A DNA stretch of 64,000 nucleotides from the NCBI RefSeq assembly GCF_009914755.1, contig NC_060925.1; one strand, 5' to 3'. Origin of the DNA: the human T2T-CHM13v2.0 reference genome, Homo sapiens. Of this stretch, positions 57,425-64,000 are shown piece by piece. The position numbers and the translations under genes were made by a program. The notes beneath the pieces were generated by a model that was not told the DNA's origin, made no database searches, and saw only the letters and a program-made list of their open reading frames with translations. Position 1 is the stretch's first letter. Each line of letters starts with the position of its first letter.

Positions 57425-58170
57425 ATTTATTTTTATCGTTTATTTCTTACTGACAAATGCAAATTGTATATATTTATGGGGTTCAATGTGAATTTTGATA
57501 TACTATATATTGTAAAATGATTAAATCAAGCTTATTGACATATTCATTACCTCACATACTTTTTTGTGGTGAGAACATTTAAAATCTACTCTCTTAGTAA
57601 TTTTCAAATATACAATACATTTTTATTAACTATAGTCACCATGCTGTGCAACAGATCTTCAAAACTTATTCCTCCTGTCTAACCCAAGCTTAGTACAATT
57701 TGGCCAACATCTCTGCTTTACCCCTTGGCAACCCCACCCTAATAACCAACATTCTACTCTCTACTTCTATGAGTTCAACTTTATTAAGCTTTACATATAA
57801 GTGAAATCGTGCAGTATTTATCCCTCTGTGTGTGGTTTATTTTACTTAGCATAATGTTCTCCAGGATCGTCTGTGTCACTGCAAATGACAGAATTTCCTT
57901 CTTTTTTAAGACTGAATAGTATTTTGTTTTGAATCTATGGCACATTTTCTTGATCTGTTGATGGACATTTAGGTTGATTTCATATCTTGGCAATTGTGAA
58001 TAATGGTGCAGTGAACATGAGAGTGCAGACATCTCTTCAACATATTGTTTGCATTTCGTTTAGATACACCCAGAAGTAGAATTGCCTGATCACATGGTAA
58101 TTTGTCATTTTTTTGAGGAAACTCCATACTGTTTTACAAAATGCCTGTACTAGTTTACATTCCCACAGAT
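57425..58170 (-). mobile_element. L1MA-type 3' end
   Basis: gtggtgagaacatttaaaatctactctcttag and ttaactatagtcaccatgctgt. Confidence 0.85.
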
Positions 58171-58547
58171 TTTTAAAAAGTTAATCTTCTACCCACTAAC
58201 CTTGCTAAACTTTCTTATTTTTTTAAAATGTGCATGTATTATATATGCTCTGCATGCATTATAAATGTTACAGTAATTTTTAGGTACAACACTAAATATT
58301 CTCATATGGTTTGGATGGTCAGTGAAGGCTTCTGTAAGGAAGTGATATCTGTGATATTTTGGTTAGGAAAAAAGTGGTCCAAACATAGAGGACAGTATGA
58401 GCTATATATACAAGATCATATCATCTGCAAATTTTGCTTCTCTCTTCCCTTCTTTATATCTTCTTTTGCTGTTAATTTTTGTCTAATTGTGTTTGCTAGG
58501 GCCTCTGGTATTATGCTGAACAGTTGTGGTGATAAAAAGCATTCTCA

Positions 58548-59031
58548 CATGCACACATATGTTTATTGCAGCACTGTTTACAATAGCAAAGATTTGGAAC
58601 CAACCCAAATGCCCCTCAATGATAGACTGGATAAGGAAAATGTGGCACATATTTACCATGGAATACTATGCAGCCATAAAAAAGAATGAGTTCATGTCCT
58701 TTGCAGGGACATGGATGAATCTGGGAGCCATCATTCTCAGCAAACTAACACAGGAACAGAAAAACAAACACTGCATGTTCTCACTCATAAGCAGGAGTTG
58801 AACAGTGAGAACACATGGACACAGGGAGGGGAACATCACACACTGAGGCCAGTCGGGGGGTAGGGGGAAAGGGGAAGGGAGAGCATTAGGACAAATGCCT
58901 AATGCATGCAGGGCTTAAAGCCTAGATGACGGGTTGATAGGTGCAGCAAACCACCATGGCACATGTATACTTATGTAACAAACCTGCACGTTCTGCACAC
59001 GTATCCCAGAACTTAAAGTAAAATAATAAAT
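58548..59031 (+). mobile_element. 5'-truncated L1PA8-like element, inside an antisense L1M fragment
   Basis: ORF2 C-terminus plus 3' UTR (gagagcattaggacaaat...gcatgcagggcttaa); 11-bp TSD aagcattctca at 58537-58547 and 59032-59042. Confidence 0.92.
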
Positions 59032-59110
59032 AAGCATTCTCATCTTATTTCTAATCTTAGAGGGAATGTATATAAAATTTTTCCAGTGAGAGTGATATTT
59101 GCTAGAGATT

Positions 59111-59133
59111 ACAGACAGACAGACAGACAGACA

Positions 59134-59170
<37 letters not shown>
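59111..59170. repeat. Compound microsatellite (ACAG)6(AC)18
   Basis: Counted directly. Confidence 0.95.
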
Positions 59171-59172
<2 letters not shown>

Positions 59173-61539
59173 TTCCTTATGAAATTGAGTAAATGATCTT
59201 CCAAAGCATTCAGGGCAAATAGCAGCCCATGTTTTAATAACCCTAAGAATTATTTTATATGATAGTCCCATTCCATGGCCATGGAGCTCTGTCACTATAC
59301 TGTGAACTTCTCTATGGCAGGAACTATTCATTCACCATTGTATCCTTACTCTGAACTTCTCTAGGGCAGGAAACTGTTCACTTGCCATTGGATACTCAGT
59401 ATCTAGCACAATGCCTGTAAGTTAGGCATTCACTATCCATTCAATGAATGAATGGATGGATGAACGATAGTTAATATCTGTTTCATTCTCAAAGCTAGCA
59501 AATTCTTTTTAAGCATGAGCCAAAAATATCACTACTTTCCATTTTCTTTATTCAATGAGTTGAGCTCATTTTGCCGCCATCCTTACCTCCTCCCAGCACC
59601 TGGTACAGTCAGTAGTCATTTGACATATGAAGGAATAAATGAATGAGTCAATCACAGAGCATTCTGCTGCCAGTTGATAGACTTTGCCCCTAAAGATTCT
59701 GAACTTTATTTGAACTGAAGCCAGGTGGTTAAAGATGATTTAATCAGGACAAAAATAAAATTCTACTCTCTTTAATGGAATAATTGCTTATTGCATTTTC
59801 TTCTTAAAGTTGGCCATTCATCTCCTTAAAGTTGGCCACTGTCTTTCAATTTATATATGTTGTCCATGAATTATTGAAAGTGATTATTCTGAATTAAGCC
59901 AAAATTATTCACAAAGAATTGTCTTGGTGTGTGACTAGAGGGTTCAGAATTCCAGTATTACTTGGAGAGAGGGGTTGGGTATAGTGGTAAACTTAAAGTT
60001 TACCTGCAAAAAAACAGTGTTGAATGCCTGAGTATGGCAAATCCAAAAAGTAAGTATTTGGATTTATTGGTGAATAAGGGAGAGAGGTTGGTTATCAAAA
60101 AAAGAGCAGTTAAGTAGGAATATGTTAGTAGTTTTAAATACTTTATGATGGCTCTAATCATATATGTACTTCCTATTTCAAAAGGTATTTCATTTCATAA
60201 GTTAGAGTAACACCCAATATTAGAATTTCAGTGTCCAGAAATTGATTACCTTCTCCTGACTTGGAACTCTCTGCTCAAAAGCCTTTGATGACTCTTCGTT
60301 GCCTGGAGAGTAAAAATTTATTTAGCCCTAGCCAGCGCTGTCCACCTGCACTCCTACCATACACACTCTCTGTTTCAGCCACATGTAACAGAATGTTACC
60401 ATAGGGCTCTTCCTATCTTGGAGGTTTCGAACAGGCCCCAGAGCCCAGACCACCTATGCAGAGCTTGCTAAAAGATTGTGAAACTTGTGCTAAACGTCAC
60501 CCTGAGGATATAAAAGAGGTGGAAGAAGTCAGAGGTCAAGACTAAGGAAAGAGGCTGAGGTTGATGATTGTATCTGAGAGAGTAGAGCAAAAAGTGAAGA
60601 CAAGGAAAAGGTGTGTGGGTCCAGCACAAGGGAGCCAGCTGGGGATATCTTAAAAGGAATCCCATCCATAAGGTTCAACTAGAGGAGCAGAATGATCCCA
60701 GAGCAGGACTTGATCACCTGAAGGCCAGGACTGAAAGGGAGTTGTGGGCAGACCACTGGACGGAGAGATAGCCAGCTTTGGACAGGCACCACACCCTGAG
60801 GACATAATGAAGCCAGATAACAACGTATATGCATCAAGTGAGACCTTCCCCAGGCACCTTGACCCCTGTATGGAGGAACCCCAAAACACCCAGCTGTCCA
60901 GCAGGAAAAAGTAGAAGGAGGAGAGAGAGAAGCCAGCAAGTCCCCTTCTTGAAGTGTGTATACGCTAAGCCTGAAATATACTGTAGCTGCAGAAGGGAGA
61001 ATTTTCAATTAGCCAAAATGGGAGTTTTAATTATTATAATAGAGTGTACATATTTACTGCTAGAAGCTGGCCTGAGGACTTTTATAATTGAAGAGTGTAG
61101 GAATACAGTGGATCCCCCTGAAATTTCATCCCAGGAATGAGGAAGAACAGTTCGTGGAACAAATTTACCAAGGAGAAGAGAATAGAGCTGTTTTTTCCTG
61201 CACACCCATAATGGTACTACAGATCCTTCAATAAACCAGAACACACACAAGGCTGGGGTTGTCCTCTCGTCCCTCTCCTACATCAGCAAATCTGTCTCTA
61301 CGTAATCATGTAAGACTACAGCTTGCTTTAATAGCTCCCATCTTAAGAATGGGAGGGGGAGAGCGAGGTAGAAGAAAAACCTTGACCTTATATTTCGCCC
61401 TCCTGTTCCCCCATTTATTGTCTTTGCCACACAGCTTCTCAAGTGCTGTATAATCCCATTCCTCCCCTCCCACTCTCTCTTGAGCCCAATCAGACATTTG
61501 TACAAACTTCTCCATGAAAATAACCCTTGACCATTTGTT

Positions 61540-62770
61540 TCGGGCTCCTGTGACCAGGGTCTGTGTTCCTAAATCCAGTAGTCCTCATTCAGATCGTTCT
61601 GTTGGCAGCATTGGGCACAGCTGCGCCCTCCCTTCTCAAAACCCCTCACTTGCATGTAGTTGACTCTTTGGTCCCATTGTCTAATTGCTCTCCATCACCA
61701 GTTTCTAAATTTTGGAAGGCGTTAAGCCTCTGCCCAAGACCTCTTCCCTGCCCATTTCCCCTTGCTTCTTCAGTGACCTCATTAAGACTCAAAGCTTTAA
61801 GACACCATCTGTAGAGTATGACCTCCAAACATATATCTCCAGCCTGACCCTGATATCCTAATATATTTAATCACCTACTCAGCATTTCTTCTTGGCTTTC
61901 TAATAGATACCTAAAATTTAGCATGTCAAAAGCCTAATTCCTCTCAGCCCCCAGGAAATCTCCTCTCACTGTCTTTCCTAGAACATGAAAGAACAATTCT
62001 ATTCATACACTTGCCTATGTCAAAACACCTTGAAAACATCCTTCATCCCTCTCTTTTTCTCATATTGTGCTCCAGTAAATGCTGTCAGTTCTACTGATGG
62101 AATCCACCAATGTGGACCACCTAGTTCAAGCAGTTGTGCTCCCTCTCTTGGTTTATTGACACAGTCTCCTGACTGTCTCCCTGTTTTTACCACTGGGCCC
62201 TGGATTCTGTTCTCACAGCAGCCAGGGTGGCCTCTTGAAAACTTGCCTCAGATTATGTCATTCCTCTGCTCAAAACCTTTCAATAATTTTGCATTTCACT
62301 GAGAATTAAAGCCAATGTCCTTAAAAATAAAAGATCTGTTCCTCTTACTTTTCAGCTCTCATCTTCTGTCCCCTTTCTCACTGTTCACACCACTGCAGCT
62401 GCCCTGATTCTTTGCTGTTCATGTAAGATAGCAAGCACACCTCTGCCACAGGGCCTTTGTACTTGCTCTTATCTCTCCACCTGCATCACTCTTAACTGCA
62501 TGCTTCACTCACTCACTCCCTTCCAGTCTCTGCTGTAATGTAACCTCATCATTAAGGTCTATCCAGACCACCCTATATTAAAATAACAACACTTGCCTTC
62601 ACTCACTGCTTAACCTCTCTATCCTTCTTTATTTTTCTACACACAGTTATCGTCCTACGCTCCACTGGACTGTAAGTTCCATGAAGACAGAACTTTGTTT
62701 TTTCACCACTGAATCCCCAGCCCCTTCAAAGTGCCTTGCATGTAATAGACTCTCACAAATAGTTCTCAAA
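61540..62770 (+). mobile_element. L2a-like LINE 3' region
   Basis: catatatctccagcctgacc, gattatgtcattcctctgctcaaaacc, cagggcctttgtacttgc and ggactgtaagttccatgaa. Confidence 0.8.
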
Positions 62771-64000
62771 TGGAGGGTGCTTCCTAACTTGCTTTAGCCT
62801 TTCCACATGCTGTTCTTTCTGGCAAGAGTTGCTTCCCTTTACCCCCCGCCTTGTTACACCCCAGCCCCAAGTGAGCCTGTTAGAATCCTGTGCATCCTCT
62901 CAGACTCCAGTTTCATACAACCTCCTCTGTGACACCGCGTGAGTCAGATTTAATTCCTCTTTCCCCAGAACTCAAAGTTTTCAGTTTTATTTTGCTTTAA
63001 TCAAGTTTGTACCCTTAACCACTACATTGTGTGTCTTTCAGACTCTTGTTCTTTCTTGATTTTAAGGCTTTAGAGATGACAAATTCAGCAACCGCAGGTC
63101 CTTCTCATGTTGTAGAATTGTAAAGTAGCTGTTTTTTAACTGCATGCAACTGTATGAATCCTAAACCTAGAATTTTCAATCCCTCTATTCTACCGCATGT
63201 ATTTTCATTTCTCCTTCTTTTTCTACTACTTCCTCTTCATCACAAAAAAAGTCCCAAGCACATATTATATGTTATTCATTTTCTTCAAACATCTTTCACT
63301 TAATAGTTTAGAGAAAAGCCCATCTATTCCATTGAGTGACCTTTCCTATGACTATAGAAAGTGGTCAGTTTTTCTGTCCCTTGGCCTGTTTAGCAGTTGA
63401 AATGCACCTGACAGTTTGTATTACAAAGCTAAATGGTGGTGGCCAGTAAGGAGTTTGATAAACTTTTCATGTAATTTATACATAGGGGAAATGACACTGG
63501 CTGTTGAGCACATGAAGTCATTTTCTTTCTTCCCTGAAATGCTTTGGGGGAGAAGACCAATCAGTCATCTTAGTGCTGCACCTCCATAGTGAGATCTGCA
63601 TTAGGTTTTTGACCAAGAAGACAGTAATATTTTATGACAAAACTTGGAAAAGTTAAAAATTCACAGATGAACAAATGCTTTTTCTCATTATTTATCTTTT
63701 TATTCTTTCCTATTTTTATTCCCTGAGACCATTTGCATGAGGGGAAATTTAATCAGGATCCCTAGTTGAGAACATTTCTATTGGAGAAAATGGAACCTGG
63801 ATATCAAATTATCTCACAACTTCTTCTGAGTGACATACACTGAATTTTATCTTAAATAGCTTGTTTAGAAGCTATTGGTCACCAGCTTAAATAGCACCTT
63901 TTCATTATAACATTGCTTCTGTTGTTGCATTCATAACATTTTATTTGCTAAAAATGTATTAACTGTGTCTCTCCCATCAGTTCTTGAGCTTTGGAGGGCT

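Noticed and set aside
58548-59031. Missing 3' end of the truncated L1 at 45398-46755
   Set aside because: It has its own 11-bp TSD and is not contiguous in L1 coordinates, so it is an independent insertion.

Overview
Primate (human-like) genomic DNA, about half transposon-derived and almost entirely intronic. The only protein-coding sequence I can support is one 104-nt internal exon on the + strand (36581-36684). It is missed by the ORF track, has strong splice sites, and reads (G)[34 protein letters not shown], which I recognise as FGGY (FGGY-family carbohydrate kinase, D-ribulokinase). The rest is the two flanking introns. They contain a full-length but inactivated L1PA3-type LINE-1 (15453-21463, sense to FGGY, nested in an old L1M), solo LTRs (MST, MER52, MER31-like, LTR33-like, MER11, MLT1), five Alus, DNA-transposon fossils, many MIR/L2 fragments and microsatellites. 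The most unusual structure is at about 44.3-47.4 kb: a ~260-bp, ~93%-identical inverted templated duplication, an older direct duplication, and a twin-primed L1 lacking its 3' end between the arms. I cannot support a new gene or biological system. Repeat subfamily calls come from remembered consensus sequences, and boundaries of old elements are approximate.
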